Origin: Eledone cirrhosa | Lineage: Eukaryota | Assembly (NCBI GenBank): GCA_964016885.1 | Contig: OZ024741.1 | Span: forward strand, 244,838,001-244,902,000 | Direction of reading: 5' to 3' | DNA length: 64,000 nucleotides | Shown: positions 10,443 through 26,800 of the stretch, one piece after another | Position numbering within the stretch: position 1 is the first letter of the stretch | How the letters are laid out: each line of letters opens with the position of its first letter | Notes under the pieces: model-generated | Told to the model about the DNA's origin: nothing | Database searches by the model: none | The model's input: only the letters and a program-made list of their open reading frames with translations | Translations under genes and position numbers: made by a program

Positions 10443-13400
10443 CATTTTTGGATTCGTTTTCTTCGAAGCACACCATTCGCCGGCGGACTTTGTTGACGTT
10501 TAACACCGTTTGGTTCCACAGCCACAACTATTGATTTTACGGAGATATCTTGCTGAAATTCACGCCACACATAGCCAATGGGTGTCTGCACATGTACCAG
10601 TAATTACAGATCGATCCGACCACGGGCGGCCGGCCCGCGATTGAAAAGGTAAATCCGCCGGCTAACCGTCATTTTTGGATTCGTTTTCTTCGAAGCACAC
10701 CATTCGCCGGCGGACTTTGTTGACGTTTAACACGGTTTGGTTCCACAGCCACAACTATTGATTTTACGGAGATATCTTGCTGAAATTCACGCCACACATA
10801 GCCAATGAGTGTCTGCACATGTACCAGTAATTACAGATCGATCCGACCACGGGCGGCCGGCCCGCGATTGAAAAGGTAAATCCGCCGGCTAATCGTCATT
10901 TTTGGATTCGTTTTCTTCGAAGCACACCATTCGCCGGCGGACTTTGTTGACGTTTAACACGGTTTGGTTCCACAGCCACAACTATTGATTTTACGGAGAT
11001 ATCTTGCTGAAATTCACGCCACACATAGCCAATGAGTGTCTGCACATGTACCAGTAATTACAGATCGATCCGACCGCGGGCGGCCGGCCCGCGATTGAAA
11101 AGGTAAATCCGCCGGCTAATAGTCATTTTTGGATTCGTTTTCTTCGAAGCACACCATTCGCCGGCGGACTTTGTTGACGTTTAACACGGTTTGGTTCCAC
11201 AGCCACAACTATTGATTTTACGGAGATATCTTGCTGAAATTCACGCCACACATAGCCAATGAGTATCTGCACATGTACCAGTAATTACAGATCGATCCGA
11301 CCGCGGGCGGCCGGCCCGCGATTAAAAAGGTAAATCCGCCGGCTAATCGTCATTTTTGGATTCGTTTTCTTCGAAGCACACCATTCGCCGGCGGACTTTG
11401 TTGACGTTTAACACCGTTTGGTTCCACAGCCACAACTATTGATTTTACGGAGATATCTTGCTGAAATTCACGCCACACATAGCCAATGAGTGTCTGCACA
11501 TGTACCAGTAATTACAGATCGATCCGACCACGGGCGGCCGGCCCGCGATTGAAAAGGTAAATCCGCCGGCTAATCGTCATTTTTGGATTCGTTTTCTTCG
11601 AAGCACACCATTCGCCGGCGGACTTTGTTGACGTTTAACACGGTTTGGTTCCACAGCCACAACTATTGATTTTACGGAGATATCTTGCTGAAATTCACGC
11701 CACACATAGCCAATGAGTGTCTGCACATGTACCAGTAATTACAGATCGATCCGACCACGGGCGGCCGGCCCGCGATTGAAAAGGTAAATCCGCCGGCTAA
11801 TCGTCATTTTTGGATTCGTTTTCTTCGAAGCACACCATTCGCCGGCGGACTTTGTTGACGTTTAACACGGTTTGGTTCCACAGCCACAACTATTGATTTT
11901 ACGGAGATATCTTGCTGAAATTCACGCCACACATAGCCAATGAGTGTCTGCACATGTACCAGTAATTACAGATCGATCCGACCGCGGGCGGCCGGCCCGC
12001 GATTAAAAAGGTAAATCCGCCGGCTAATCGTCATTTTTGGATTCGTTTTCTTCGAAGCACACCATTCGCCGGCGGACTTTGTTGACGTTTAACACCGTTT
12101 GGTTCCACAGCCACAACTATTGATTTTACGGAGATATCTTGCTGAAATTCACGCCACACATAGCCAATGAGTGTCTGCACATGTACCAGTAATTACAGAT
12201 CGATCCGACCACGGGCGGCCGGCCCGCGATTGAAAAGGTAAATCCGCCGGCTAATCGTCATTTTTGGATTCGTTTTCTTCGAAGCACACCATTCGCCGGC
12301 GGACTTTGTTGACGTTTAACACCGTTTGGTTCCACAGCCACAACTATTGATTTTACGGAGATATCTTGCTGAAATTCACGCCACACATAGCCAATGAGTA
12401 TCTGCACATGTACCAGTAATTACAGATCGATCCGACCGCGGGCGGCCGGCCCGCGATTGAAAAGGTAAATCCGCCGGCTAATCGTCATTTTTGGATTCGT
12501 TTTCTTCGAAGCACACCATTCGCCGGCGGACTTTGTTGACGTTTAACACGGTTTGGTTCCACAGCCACAACTATTGATTTTACGGAGATATCTTGCTGAA
12601 ATTCACGACACACATAGCCAATGTGAGTCTGCACATGTACCAGTAATTACAGATCGATCCGACCACGGGCGGCCGGCCCGCGATTGAAAAGGTAAATCCG
12701 CCGGCTAATCGTCATTTTTGGATTCGTTTTCTTCGAAGCACACCATTCGCCGGCGGACTTTGTTGACATTTAACACGGTTTGGTTCCACAGCCACAACTA
12801 TTGATTTTACGGAGATATCTTGCTGAAATTCACGCCACACATAGCCAATGAGTGTCTGCACATGTACCAGTAATTACAGATCGATCCGACCGCGGGCGGC
12901 CGGCCCGCGATTAAAAAGGTAAATCCGCCGGCTAATCGTCATTTTTGGATTCGTTTTCTTCGAAGCACACCATTCGCCGGCGGACTTTGTTGACGTTTAA
13001 CACCGTTTGGTTCCACAGCCACAACTATTGATTTTACGGAGATATCTTGCTGAAATTCACGCCACACATAGCCAATGGGTGTCTGCACATGTACCAGTAA
13101 TTACAGATCGATCCGACCACGGGCGGCCGGCCCGCGATTGAAAAGGTAAATCCGCCGGCTAACCGTCATTTTTGGATTCGTTTTCTTCGAAGCACACCAT
13201 TCGCCGGCGGACTTTGTTGACGTTTAACACGGTTTGGTTCCACAGCCACAACTATTGATTTTACGGAGATATCTTGCTGAAATTCACGCCACACATAGCC
13301 AATGAGTATCTGCACATGTACCAGTAATTACAGATCGATCCGACCGCGGGCGGCCGGCCCGCGATTAAAAAGGTAAAACCGCCGGCTAATTGTCATTTTT

Positions 13401-16400
13401 GGATTCGTTTTCTTCGAAGCACACCATTCGCCGGCGGACTTTGTTGACGTTTAACACGGTTTGGTTCCACAGCCACAACTATTGATTTTACGGAGATATC
13501 TTGCTGAAATTCACGACACACATAGCCAATGTGAGTCTGCACATGTACCAGTAATTACAGATCGATCCGACCACGGGCGGCCGGCCCGCGATTGAAAAGG
13601 TAAATCCGCCGGCTAATCGTCATTTTTGGATTCGTTTTCTTCGAAGCACACCATTCGCCGGCGGACTTTGTTGACATTTAACACGGTTTGGTTCCACAGC
13701 CACAACTATTGATTTTACGGAGATATCTTGCTGAAATTCACGCCACACATAGCCAATGAGTATCTGCACATGTACCAGTAATTACAGATCGATCCGACCG
13801 CGGGCGGCCGGCCCGCGATTGAAAAGGTAAATCCGCCGGCTAATCGTCATTTTTGGATTCGTTTTCTTCGAAGCACACCATTCGCCGGCGGACTTTGTTG
13901 ACGTTTAACACAGTTTGGTTCCACAGCCACAACTATTGATTTTACGGAGATATCTTGCTGAAATTCACGACACACATAGCCAATGTGAGTCTGCACATGT
14001 ACCAGTAATTACAGATCGATCCGACCACGGGCGGCCGGCCCGCGATTGAAAAGGTAAATCCGCCGGCTAATCGTCATTTTTGGATTCGTTTTCTTCGAAG
14101 CACACCATTCGCCGGCGGACTTTGTTGACATTTAACACGGTTTGGTTCCACAGCCACAACTATTGATTTTACGGAGATATCTTGCTGAAATTCACGACAC
14201 ACATAGCCAATGTGAGTCTGCACATGTACCAGTAATTACAGATCGATCCGACCACGGGCGGCCGGCCCGCGATTGAAAAGGTAAATCCGCCGGCTAATCG
14301 TCATTTTTGGATTCGTTTTCTTCGAAGCACACCATTCGCCGGCGGACTTTGTTGACGTTTAACACGGTTTGGTTCCACAGCCACAACTATTGATTTTACG
14401 GAGATATCTTGCTGAAATTCACGCCACACATAGCCAATGAGTATCTGCACATGTACCAGTAATTACAGATCGATCCGACCGCGGGCGGCCGGCCCGCGAT
14501 TAAAAAGGTAAAACCGCCGGCTAATTGTCATTTTTGGATTCGTTTTCTTCGAAGCACACCATTCGCCGGCGGACTTTGTTGACGTTTAACACGGTTTGGT
14601 TCCACAGCCACAACTATTGATTTTACGGAGATATCTTGCTGAAATTCACGACACACATAGCCAATGTGAGTCTGCACATGTACCAGTAATTACAGATCGA
14701 TCCGACCACGGGCGGCCGGCCCGCGATTGAAAAGGTAAATCCGCCGGCTAATCGTCATTTTTGGATTCGTTTTCTTCGAAGCACACCATTCGCCGGCGGA
14801 CTTTGTTGACGTTTAACACGGTTTGGTTCCACAGCCACAACTATTGATTTTACGGAGATATCTTGCTGAAATTCACGACACACATAGCCAATGTGAGTCT
14901 GCACATGTACCAGTAATTACAGATCGATCCGACCACGGGCGGCCGGCCCGCGATTGAAAAGGTAAATCCGCCGGCTAATCGTCATTTTTGGATTCGTTTT
15001 CTTCGAAGCACACCATTCGCCGGCGGACTTTGTTGACATTTAACACGGTTTGGTTCCACAGCCACAACTATTGATTTTACGGAGATATCTTGCTGAAATT
15101 CACGCCACACATAGCCAATGGGTGTCTGCACATGTACCAGTAATTACAGATCGATCCGACCACGGGCGGCCGGCCCGCGATTGAAAAGGTAAATCCGCCG
15201 GCTAACCGTCATTTTTGGATTCGTTTTCTTCGAAGCACACCATTCGCCGGCGGACTTTGTTGACGTTTAACACGGTTTGGTTCCACAGCCACAACTATTG
15301 ATTTTACGGAGATATCTTGCTGAAATTCACGCCACACATAGCCAATGAGTGTCTGCACATGTACCAGTAATTACAGATCGATCCGACCACGGGCGGCCGG
15401 CCCGCGATTGAAAAGGTAAATCCGCCGGCTAATCGTCATTTTTGGATTCGTTTTCTTCGAAGCACACCATTCGCCGGCGGACTTTGTTGACATTTAACAC
15501 GGTTTGGTTCCACAGCCACAACTATTGATTTTACGGAGATATCTTGCTGAAATTCACGACACACATAGCCAATGTGAGTCTGCACATGTACCAGTAATTA
15601 CAGATCGATCCGACCACGGGCGGCCGGCCCGCGATTGAAAAGGTAAATCCGCCGGCTAATCGTCATTTTTGGATTCGTTTTCTTCGAAGCACACCATTCG
15701 CCGGCGGACTTTGTTGACGTTTAACACGGTTTGGTTCCACAGCCACAACTATTGATTTTACGGAGATATCTTGCTGAAATTCACGCCACACATAGCCAAT
15801 GAGTATCTGCACATGTACCAGTAATTACAGATCGATCCGACCGCGGGCGGCCGGCCCGCGATTAAAAAGGTAAAACCGCCGGCTAATTGTCATTTTTGGA
15901 TTCGTTTTCTTCGAAGCACACCATTCGCCGGCGGACTTTGTTGACGTTTAACACGGTTTGGTTCCACAGCCACAACTATTGATTTTACGGAGATATCTTG
16001 CTGAAATTCACGACACACATAGCCAATGTGAGTCTGCACATGTACCAGTAATTACAGATCGATCCGACCACGGGCGGCCGGCCCGCGATTGAAAAGGTAA
16101 ATCCGCCAGCTAATTGTCATTTTTGGATTCGTTTTCTTCGAAGCACACCATTCGCCGGCGGACTTTGTTGACATTTAACACGGTTTGGTTCCACAGCCAC
16201 AACTATTGATTTTACGGAGATATCTTGCTGAAATTCACGCCACACATAGCCAATGAGTATCTGCACATGTACCAGTAATTACAGATCGATCCGACCGCAG
16301 GCGGCCGGCCCGCGATTAAAAAGGTAAATCCGCCGGCTAATCGTCATTTTTGGATTCGTTTTCTTCGAAGCACACCATTCGCCGGCGGACTTTGTTGACG

Positions 16401-17252
16401 TTTAACACCGTTTGGTTCCACAGCCACAACTATTGATTTTACGGAGATATCTTGCTGAAATTCACGCCACACATAGCCAATGAGTGTCTGCACATGTACC
16501 AGTAATTACAGATCGATCCGACCGCGGGCGGCCGGCCCGCGATTGAAAAGGTAAATCCGCCGGCTAATAGTCATTTTTGGATTCGTTTTCTTCGAAGCAC
16601 ACCATTCGCCGGCGGACTTTGTTGACGTTTAACACGGTTTGGTTCCACAGCCACAACTATTGATTTTACGGAGATATCTTGCTGAAATTCACGCCACACA
16701 TAGCCAATGAGTATCTGCACATGTACCAGTAATTACAGATCGATCCGACCGCGGGCGGCCGGCCCGCGATTAAAAAGGTAAATCCGCCGGCTAATCGTCA
16801 TTTTTGGATTCGTTTTCTTCGAAGCACACCATTCGCCGGCGGACTTTGTTGACGTTTAACACGGTTTGGTTCCACAGCCACAACTATTGATTTTACGGAG
16901 ATATCTTGCTGAAATTCACGCCACACATAGCCAATGAGTGTCTGCACATGTACCAGTAATTACAGATCGATCCGACCACGGGCGGCCGGCCCGCGATTGA
17001 AAAGGTAAATCCGCCGGCTAATCGTCATTTTTGGATTCGTTTTCTTCGAAGCACACCATTCGCCGGCGGACTTTGTTGACATTTAACACGGTTTGGTTCC
17101 ACAGCCACAACTATTGATTTTACGGAGATATCTTGCTGAAATTCACGCCACACATAGCCAATGAGTATCTGCACATGTACCAGTAATTACAGATCGATCC
17201 GACCGCAGGCGGCCGGCCCGCGATTAAAAAGGTAAATCCGCCGGCTAATCGT

Positions 17253-20200
17253 CATTTTTGGATTCGTTTTCTTCGAAGCACACCATTCGCCGGCGGACTT
17301 TGTTGACGTTTAACACGGTTTGGTTCCACAGCCACAACTATTGATTTTACGGAGATATCTTGCTGAAATTCACGCCACACATAGCCAATGAGTGTCTGCA
17401 CATGTACCAGTAATTACAGATCGATCCGACCACGGGCGGCCGGCCCGCGATTGAAAAGGTAAATCCGCCGGCTAATCGTCATTTTTGGATTCGTTTTCTT
17501 CGAAGCACACCATTCGCCGGCGGACTTTGTTGACATTTAACACGGTTTGGTTCCACAGCCACAACTATTGATTTTACGGAGATATCTTGCTGAAATTCAC
17601 GACACACATAGCCAATGTGAGTCTGCACATGTACCAGTAATTACAGATCGATCCGACCACGGGCGGCCGGCCCGCGATTGAAAAGGTAAATCCGCCGGCT
17701 AATCGTCATTTTTGGATTCGTTTTCTTCGAAGCACACCATTCGCCGGCGGACTTTGTTGACGTTTAACACGGTTTGGTTCCACAGCCACAACTATTGATT
17801 TTACGGAGATATCTTGCTGAAATTCACGCCACACATAGCCAATGAGTATCTGCACATGTACCAGTAATTACAGATCGATCCGACCGCGGGCGGCCGGCCC
17901 GCGATTAAAAAGGTAAAACCGCCGGCTAATTGTCATTTTTGGATTCGTTTTCTTCGAAGCACACCATTCGCCGGCGGACTTTGTTGACGTTTAACACGGT
18001 TTGGTTCCACAGCCACAACTATTGATTTTACGGAGATATCTTGCTGAAATTCACGACACACATAGCCAATGTGAGTCTGCACATGTACCAGTAATTACAG
18101 ATCGATCCGACCACGGGCGGCCGGCCCGCGATTGAAAAGGTAAATCCGCCGGCTAATCGTCATTTTTGGATTCGTTTTCTTCGAAGCACACCATTCGCCG
18201 GCGGACTTTGTTGACATTTAACACGGTTTGGTTCCACAGCCACAACTATTGATTTTACGGAGATATCTTGCTGAAATTCACGCCACACATAGCCAATGAG
18301 TATCTGCACATGTACCAGTAATTACAGATCGATCCGACCGCAGGCGGCCGGCCCGCGATTAAAAAGGTAAATCCGCCGGCTAATCGTCATTTTTGGATTC
18401 GTTTTCTTCGAAGCACACCATTCGCCGGCGGACTTTGTTGACGTTTAACACCGTTTGGTTCCACAGCCACAACTATTGATTTTACGGAGATATCTTGCTG
18501 AAATTCACGCCACACATAGCCAATGGGTGTCTGCACATGTACCAGTAATTACAGATCGATCCGACCACGGGCGGCCGGCCCGCGATTGAAAAGGTAAATC
18601 CGCCGGCTAACCGTCATTTTTGGATTCGTTTTCTTCGAAGCACACCATTCGCCGGCGGACTTTGTTGACGTTTAACACGGTTTGGTTCCACAGCCACAAC
18701 TATTGATTTTACGGAGATATCTTGCTGAAATTCACGCCACACATAGCCAATGAGTGTCTGCACATGTACCAGTAATTACAGATCGATCCGACCACGGGCG
18801 GCCGGCCCGCGATTGAAAAGGTAAATCCGCCGGCTAATCGTCATTTTTGGATTCGTTTTCTTCGAAGCACACCATTCGCCGGCGGACTTTGTTGACGTTT
18901 AACACGGTTTGGTTCCACAGCCACAACTATTGATTTTACGGAGATATCTTGCTGAAATTCACGCCACACATAGCCAATGAGTGTCTGCACATGTACCAGT
19001 AATTACAGATCGATCCGACCGCGGGCGGCCGGCCCGCGATTGAAAAGGTAAATCCGCCGGCTAATCGTCATTTTTGGATTCGTTTTCTTCGAAGCACACC
19101 ATTCGCCGGCGGACTTTGTTGACGTTTAACACCGTTTGGTTCCACAGCCACAACTATTGATTTTACGGAGATATCTTGCTGAAATTCACGCCACACATAG
19201 CCAATGGGTGTCTGCACATGTACCAGTAATTACAGATCGATCCGACCACGGGCGGCCGGCCCGCGATTGAAAAGGTAAATCCGCCGGCTAACCGTCATTT
19301 TTGGATTCGTTTTCTTCGAAGCACACCATTCGCCGGCGGACTTTGTTGACGTTTAACACGGTTTGGTTCCACAGCCACAACTATTGATTTTACGGAGATA
19401 TCTTGCTGAAATTCACGCCACACATAGCCAATGAGTGTCTGCACATGTACCAGTAATTACAGATCGATCCGACCACGGGCGGCCGGCCCGCGATTGAAAA
19501 GGTAAATCCGCCGGCTAATCGTCATTTTTGGATTCGTTTTCTTCGAAGCACACCATTCGCCGGCGGACTTTGTTGACATTTAACACGGTTTGGTTCCACA
19601 GCCACAACTATTGATTTTACGGAGATATCTTGCTGAAATTCACGACACACATAGCCAATGTGAGTCTGCACATGTACCAGTAATTACAGATCGATCCGAC
19701 CACGGGCGGCCGGCCCGCGATTGAAAAGGTAAATCCGCCGGCTAATCGTCATTTTTGGATTCGTTTTCTTCGAAGCACACCATTCGCCGGCGGACTTTGT
19801 TGACGTTTAACACGGTTTGGTTCCACAGCCACAACTATTGATTTTACGGAGATATCTTGCTGAAATTCACGCCACACATAGCCAATGAGTATCTGCACAT
19901 GTACCAGTAATTACAGATCGATCCGACCGCGGGCGGCCGGCCCGCGATTAAAAAGGTAAAACCGCCGGCTAATTGTCATTTTTGGATTCGTTTTCTTCGA
20001 AGCACACCATTCGCCGGCGGACTTTGTTGACGTTTAACACGGTTTGGTTCCACAGCCACAACTATTGATTTTACGGAGATATCTTGCTGAAATTCACGAC
20101 ACACATAGCCAATGTGAGTCTGCACATGTACCAGTAATTACAGATCGATCCGACCACGGGCGGCCGGCCCGCGATTGAAAAGGTAAATCCGCCGGCTAAT

Positions 20201-21111
20201 CGTCATTTTTGGATTCGTTTTCTTCGAAGCACACCATTCGCCGGCGGACTTTGTTGACATTTAACACGGTTTGGTTCCACAGCCACAACTATTGATTTTA
20301 CGGAGATATCTTGCTGAAATTCACGCCACACATAGCCAATGAGTATCTGCACATGTACCAGTAATTACAGATCGATCCGACCGCAGGCGGCCGGCCCGCG
20401 ATTAAAAAGGTAAATCCGCCGGCTAATCGTCATTTTTGGATTCGTTTTCTTCGAAGCACACCATTCGCCGGCGGACTTTGTTGACGTTTAACACCGTTTG
20501 GTTCCACAGCCACAACTATTGATTTTACGGAGATATCTTGCTGAAATTCACGCCACACATAGCCAATGGGTGTCTGCACATGTACCAGTAATTACAGATC
20601 GATCCGACCACGGGCGGCCGGCCCGCGATTGAAAAGGTAAATCCGCCGGCTAACCGTCATTTTTGGATTCGTTTTCTTCGAAGCACACCATTCGCCGGCG
20701 GACTTTGTTGACGTTTAACACGGTTTGGTTCCACAGCCACAACTATTGATTTTACGGAGATATCTTGCTGAAATTCACGCCACACATAGCCAATGAGTGT
20801 CTGCACATGTACCAGTAATTACAGATCGATCCGACCACGGGCGGCCGGCCCGCGATTGAAAAGGTAAATCCGCCGGCTAATCGTCATTTTTGGATTCGTT
20901 TTCTTCGAAGCACACCATTCGCCGGCGGACTTTGTTGACGTTTAACACGGTTTGGTTCCACAGCCACAACTATTGATTTTACGGAGATATCTTGCTGAAA
21001 TTCACGCCACACATAGCCAATGAGTGTCTGCACATGTACCAGTAATTACAGATCGATCCGACCGCGGGCGGCCGGCCCGCGATTGAAAAGGTAAATCCGC
21101 CGGCTAATAGT
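17253..21111 (+). repeat. Duplication with 9-monomer period (2043 bp)
   Basis: Copies 77-84 match copies 86-93 (C,iA,L,A,iB*,cG,C,D-like; B* is B with G182A). The marker G182A is at 18342 and 20385. Confidence 0.8.
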
Positions 21112-23835
21112 CATTTTTGGATTCGTTTTCTTCGAAGCACACCATTCGCCGGCGGACTTTGTTGACGTTTAACACGGTTTGGTTCCACAGCCACAACTAT
21201 TGATTTTACGGAGATATCTTGCTGAAATTCACGCCACACATAGCCAATGAGTATCTGCACATGTACCAGTAATTACAGATCGATCCGACCGCGGGCGGCC
21301 GGCCCGCGATTAAAAAGGTAAATCCGCCGGCTAATCGTCATTTTTGGATTCGTTTTCTTCGAAGCACACCATTCGCCGGCGGACTTTGTTGACGTTTAAC
21401 ACCGTTTGGTTCCACAGCCACAACTATTGATTTTACGGAGATATCTTGCTGAAATTCACGCCACACATAGCCAATGAGTGTCTGCACATGTACCAGTAAT
21501 TACAGATCGATCCGACCACGGGCGGCCGGCCCGCGATTGAAAAGGTAAATCCGCCGGCTAATCGTCATTTTTGGATTCGTTTTCTTCGAAGCACACCATT
21601 CGCCGGCGGACTTTGTTGACGTTTAACACGGTTTGGTTCCACAGCCACAACTATTGATTTTACGGAGATATCTTGCTGAAATTCACGCCACACATAGCCA
21701 ATGAGTATCTGCACATGTACCAGTAATTACAGATCGATCCGACCGCGGGCGGCCGGCCCGCGATTGAAAAGGTAAATCCGCCGGCTAATCGTCATTTTTG
21801 GATTCGTTTTCTTCGAAGCACACCATTCGCCGGCGGACTTTGTTGACGTTTAACACGGTTTGGTTCCACAGCCACAACTATTGATTTTACGGAGATATCT
21901 TGCTGAAATTCACGACACACATAGCCAATGTGAGTCTGCACATGTACCAGTAATTACAGATCGATCCGACCACGGGCGGCCGGCCCGCGATTGAAAAGGT
22001 AAATCCGCCGGCTAATCGTCATTTTTGGATTCGTTTTCTTCGAAGCACACCATTCGCCGGCGGACTTTGTTGACATTTAACACGGTTTGGTTCCACAGCC
22101 ACAACTATTGATTTTACGGAGATATCTTGCTGAAATTCACGCCACACATAGCCAATGAGTGTCTGCACATGTACCAGTAATTACAGATCGATCCGACCAC
22201 GGGCGGCCGGCCCGCGATTGAAAAGGTAAATCCGCCGGCTAATCGTCATTTTTGGATTCGTTTTCTTCGAAGCACACCATTCGCCGGCGGACTTTGTTGA
22301 CGTTTAACACGGTTTGGTTCCACAGCCACAACTATTGATTTTACGGAGATATCTTGCTGAAATTCACGCCACACATAGCCAATGAGTATCTGCACATGTA
22401 CCAGTAATTACAGATCGATCCGACCGCGGGCGGCCGGCCCGCGATTAAAAAGGTAAAACCGCCGGCTAATTGTCATTTTTGGATTCGTTTTCTTCGAAGC
22501 ACACCATTCGCCGGCGGACTTTGTTGACGTTTAACACGGTTTGGTTCCACAGCCACAACTATTGATTTTACGGAGATATCTTGCTGAAATTCACGACACA
22601 CATAGCCAATGTGAGTCTGCACATGTACCAGTAATTACAGATCGATCCGACCACGGGCGGCCGGCCCGCGATTGAAAAGGTAAATCCGCCGGCTAATCGT
22701 CATTTTTGGATTCGTTTTCTTCGAAGCACACCATTCGCCGGCGGACTTTGTTGACATTTAACACGGTTTGGTTCCACAGCCACAACTATTGATTTTACGG
22801 AGATATCTTGCTGAAATTCACGCCACACATAGCCAATGAGTATCTGCACATGTACCAGTAATTACAGATCGATCCGACCGCGGGCGGCCGGCCCGCGATT
22901 AAAAAGGTAAATCCGCCGGCTAATCGTCATTTTTGGATTCGTTTTCTTCGAAGCACACCATTCGCCGGCGGACTTTGTTGACATTTAACACGGTTTGGTT
23001 CCACAGCCACAACTATTGATTTTACGGAGATATCTTGCTGAAATTCACGCCACACATAGCCAATGGGTGTCTGCACATGTACCAGTAATTACAGATCGAT
23101 CCGACCACGGGCGGCCGGCCCGCGATTGAAAAGGTAAATCCGCCGGCTAACCGTCATTTTTGGATTCGTTTTCTTCGAAGCACACCATTCGCCGGCGGAC
23201 TTTGTTGACGTTTAACACGGTTTGGTTCCACAGCCACAACTATTGATTTTACGGAGATATCTTGCTGAAATTCACGCCACACATAGCCAATGAGTGTCTG
23301 CACATGTACCAGTAATTACAGATCGATCCGACCACGGGCGGCCGGCCCGCGATTGAAAAGGTAAATCCGCCGGCTAATCGTCATTTTTGGATTCGTTTTC
23401 TTCGAAGCACACCATTCGCCGGCGGACTTTGTTGACGTTTAACACGGTTTGGTTCCACAGCCACAACTATTGATTTTACGGAGATATCTTGCTGAAATTC
23501 ACGCCACACATAGCCAATGAGTGTCTGCACATGTACCAGTAATTACAGATCGATCCGACCGCGGGCGGCCGGCCCGCGATTGAAAAGGTAAATCCGCCGG
23601 CTAATAGTCATTTTTGGATTCGTTTTCTTCGAAGCACACCATTCGCCGGCGGACTTTGTTGACGTTTAACACGGTTTGGTTCCACAGCCACAACTATTGA
23701 TTTTACGGAGATATCTTGCTGAAATTCACGCCACACATAGCCAATGAGTATCTGCACATGTACCAGTAATTACAGATCGATCCGACCGCGGGCGGCCGGC
23801 CCGCGATTAAAAAGGTAAATCCGCCGGCTAATCGT

Positions 23836-26800
23836 CATTTTTGGATTCGTTTTCTTCGAAGCACACCATTCGCCGGCGGACTTTGTTGACGTTTAACACC
23901 GTTTGGTTCCACAGCCACAACTATTGATTTTACGGAGATATCTTGCTAAAATTCACGCCACACATAGCCAATGAGTGTCTGCACATGTACCAGTAATTAC
24001 AGATCGATCCGACCACGGGCGGCCGGCCCGCGATTGAAAAGGTAAATCCGCCGGCTAATCGTCATTTTTGGATTCGTTTTCTTCGAAGCACACCATTCGC
24101 CGGCGGACTTTGTTGACGTTTAACACGGTTTGGTTCCACAGCCACAACTATTGATTTTACGGAGATATCTTGCTGAAATTCACGCCACACATAGCCAATG
24201 AGTATCTGCACATGTACCAGTAATTACAGATCGATCCGACCGCGGGCGGCCGGCCCGCGATTGAAAAGGTAAATCCGCCGGCTAATCGTCATTTTTGGAT
24301 TCGTTTTCTTCGAAGCACACCATTCGCCGGCGGACTTTGTTGACGTTTAACACGGTTTGGTTCCACAGCCACAACTATTGATTTTACGGAGATATCTTGC
24401 TGAAATTCACGACACACATAGCCAATGTGAGTCTGCACATGTACCAGTAATTACAGATCGATCCGACCACGGGCGGCCGGCCCGCGATTGAAAAGGTAAA
24501 TCCGCCGGCTAATCGTCATTTTTGGATTCGTTTTCTTCGAAGCACACCATTCGCCGGCGGACTTTGTTGACATTTAACACGGTTTGGTTCCACAGCCACA
24601 ACTATTGATTTTACGGAGATATCTTGCTGAAATTCACGCCACACATAGCCAATGAGTGTCTGCACATGTACCAGTAATTACAGATCGATCCGACCACGGG
24701 CGGCCGGCCCGCGATTGAAAAGGTAAATCCGCCGGCTAATCGTCATTTTTGGATTCGTTTTCTTCGAAGCACACCATTCGCCGGCGGACTTTGTTGACGT
24801 TTAACACGGTTTGGTTCCACAGCCACAACTATTGATTTTACGGAGATATCTTGCTGAAATTCACGCCACACATAGCCAATGAGTATCTGCACATGTACCA
24901 GTAATTACAGATCGATCCGACCGCGGGCGGCCGGCCCGCGATTGAAAAGGTAAATCCGCCGGCTAATCGTCATTTTTGGATTCGTTTTCTTCGAAGCACA
25001 CCATTCGCCGGCGGACTTTGTTGACGTTTAACACGGTTTGGTTCCACAGCCACAACTATTGATTTTACGGAGATATCTTGCTGAAATTCACGACACACAT
25101 AGCCAATGTGAGTCTGCACATGTACCAGTAATTACAGATCGATCCGACCACGGGCGGCCGGCCCGCGATTGAAAAGGTAAATCCGCCGGCTAATCGTCAT
25201 TTTTGGATTCGTTTTCTTCGAAGCACACCATTCGCCGGCGGACTTTGTTGACATTTAACACGGTTTGGTTCCACAGCCACAACTATTGATTTTACGGAGA
25301 TATCTTGCTGAAATTCACGCCACACATAGCCAATGAGTGTCTGCACATGTACCAGTAATTACAGATCGATCCGACCACGGGCGGCCGGCCCGCGATTGAA
25401 AAGGTAAATCCGCCGGCTAATCGTCATTTTTGGATTCGTTTTCTTCGAAGCACACCATTCGCCGGCGGACTTTGTTGACGTTTAACACGGTTTGGTTCCA
25501 CAGCCACAACTATTGATTTTACGGAGATATCTTGCTGAAATTCACGCCACACATAGCCAATGAGTATCTGCACATGTACCAGTAATTACAGATCGATCCG
25601 ACCGCGGGCGGCCGGCCCGCGATTAAAAAGGTAAAACCGCCGGCTAATTGTCATTTTTGGATTCGTTTTCTTCGAAGCACACCATTCGCCGGCGGACTTT
25701 GTTGACGTTTAACACGGTTTGGTTCCACAGCCACAACTATTGATTTTACGGAGATATCTTGCTGAAATTCACGACACACATAGCCAATGGGTGTCTGCAC
25801 ATGTACCAGTAATTACAGATCGATCCGACCACGGGCGGCCGGCCCGCGATTGAAAAGGTAAATCCGCCGGCTAACCGTCATTTTTGGATTCGTTTTCTTC
25901 GAAGCACACCATTCGCCGGCGGACTTTGTTGACGTTTAACACGGTTTGGTTCCACAGCCACAACTATTGATTTTACGGAGATATCTTGCTGAAATTCACG
26001 CCACACATAGCCAATGAGTATCTGCACATGTACCAGTAATTACAGATCGATCCGACCGCGGGCGGCCGGCCCGCGATTAAAAAGGTAAAACCGCCGGCTA
26101 ATTGTCATTTTTGGATTCGTTTTCTTCGAAGCACACCATTCGCCGGCGGACTTTGTTGACGTTTAACACGGTTTGGTTCCACAGCCACAACTATTGATTT
26201 TACGGAGATATCTTGCTGAAATTCACGACACACATAGCCAATGTGAGTCTGCACATGTACCAGTAATTACAGATCGATCCGACCACGGGCGGCCGGCCCG
26301 CGATTGAAAAGGTAAATCCGCCGGCTAATCGTCATTTTTGGATTCGTTTTCTTCGAAGCACACCATTCGCCGGCGGACTTTGTTGACGTTTAACACGGTT
26401 TGGTTCCACAGCCACAACTATTGATTTTACGGAGATATCTTGCTGAAATTCACGCCACACATAGCCAATGTGTATCTGCACATGTACCAGTAATTACAGA
26501 TCGATCCGACCGCGGGCGGCCGGCCCGCGATTAAAAAGGTAAATCCGCCGGCTAATCGTCATTTTTGGATTCGTTTTCTTCGAAGCACACCATTCGCCGG
26601 CGGACTTTGTTGACGTTTAACACCGTTTGGTTCCACAGCCACAACTATTGATTTTACGGAGATATCTTGCTAAAATTCACGCCACACATAGCCAATGAGT
26701 GTCTGCACATGTACCAGTAATTACAGATCGATCCGACCACGGGCGGCCGGCCCGCGATTGAAAAGGTAAATCCGCCGGCTAATCGTCATTTTTGGATTCG

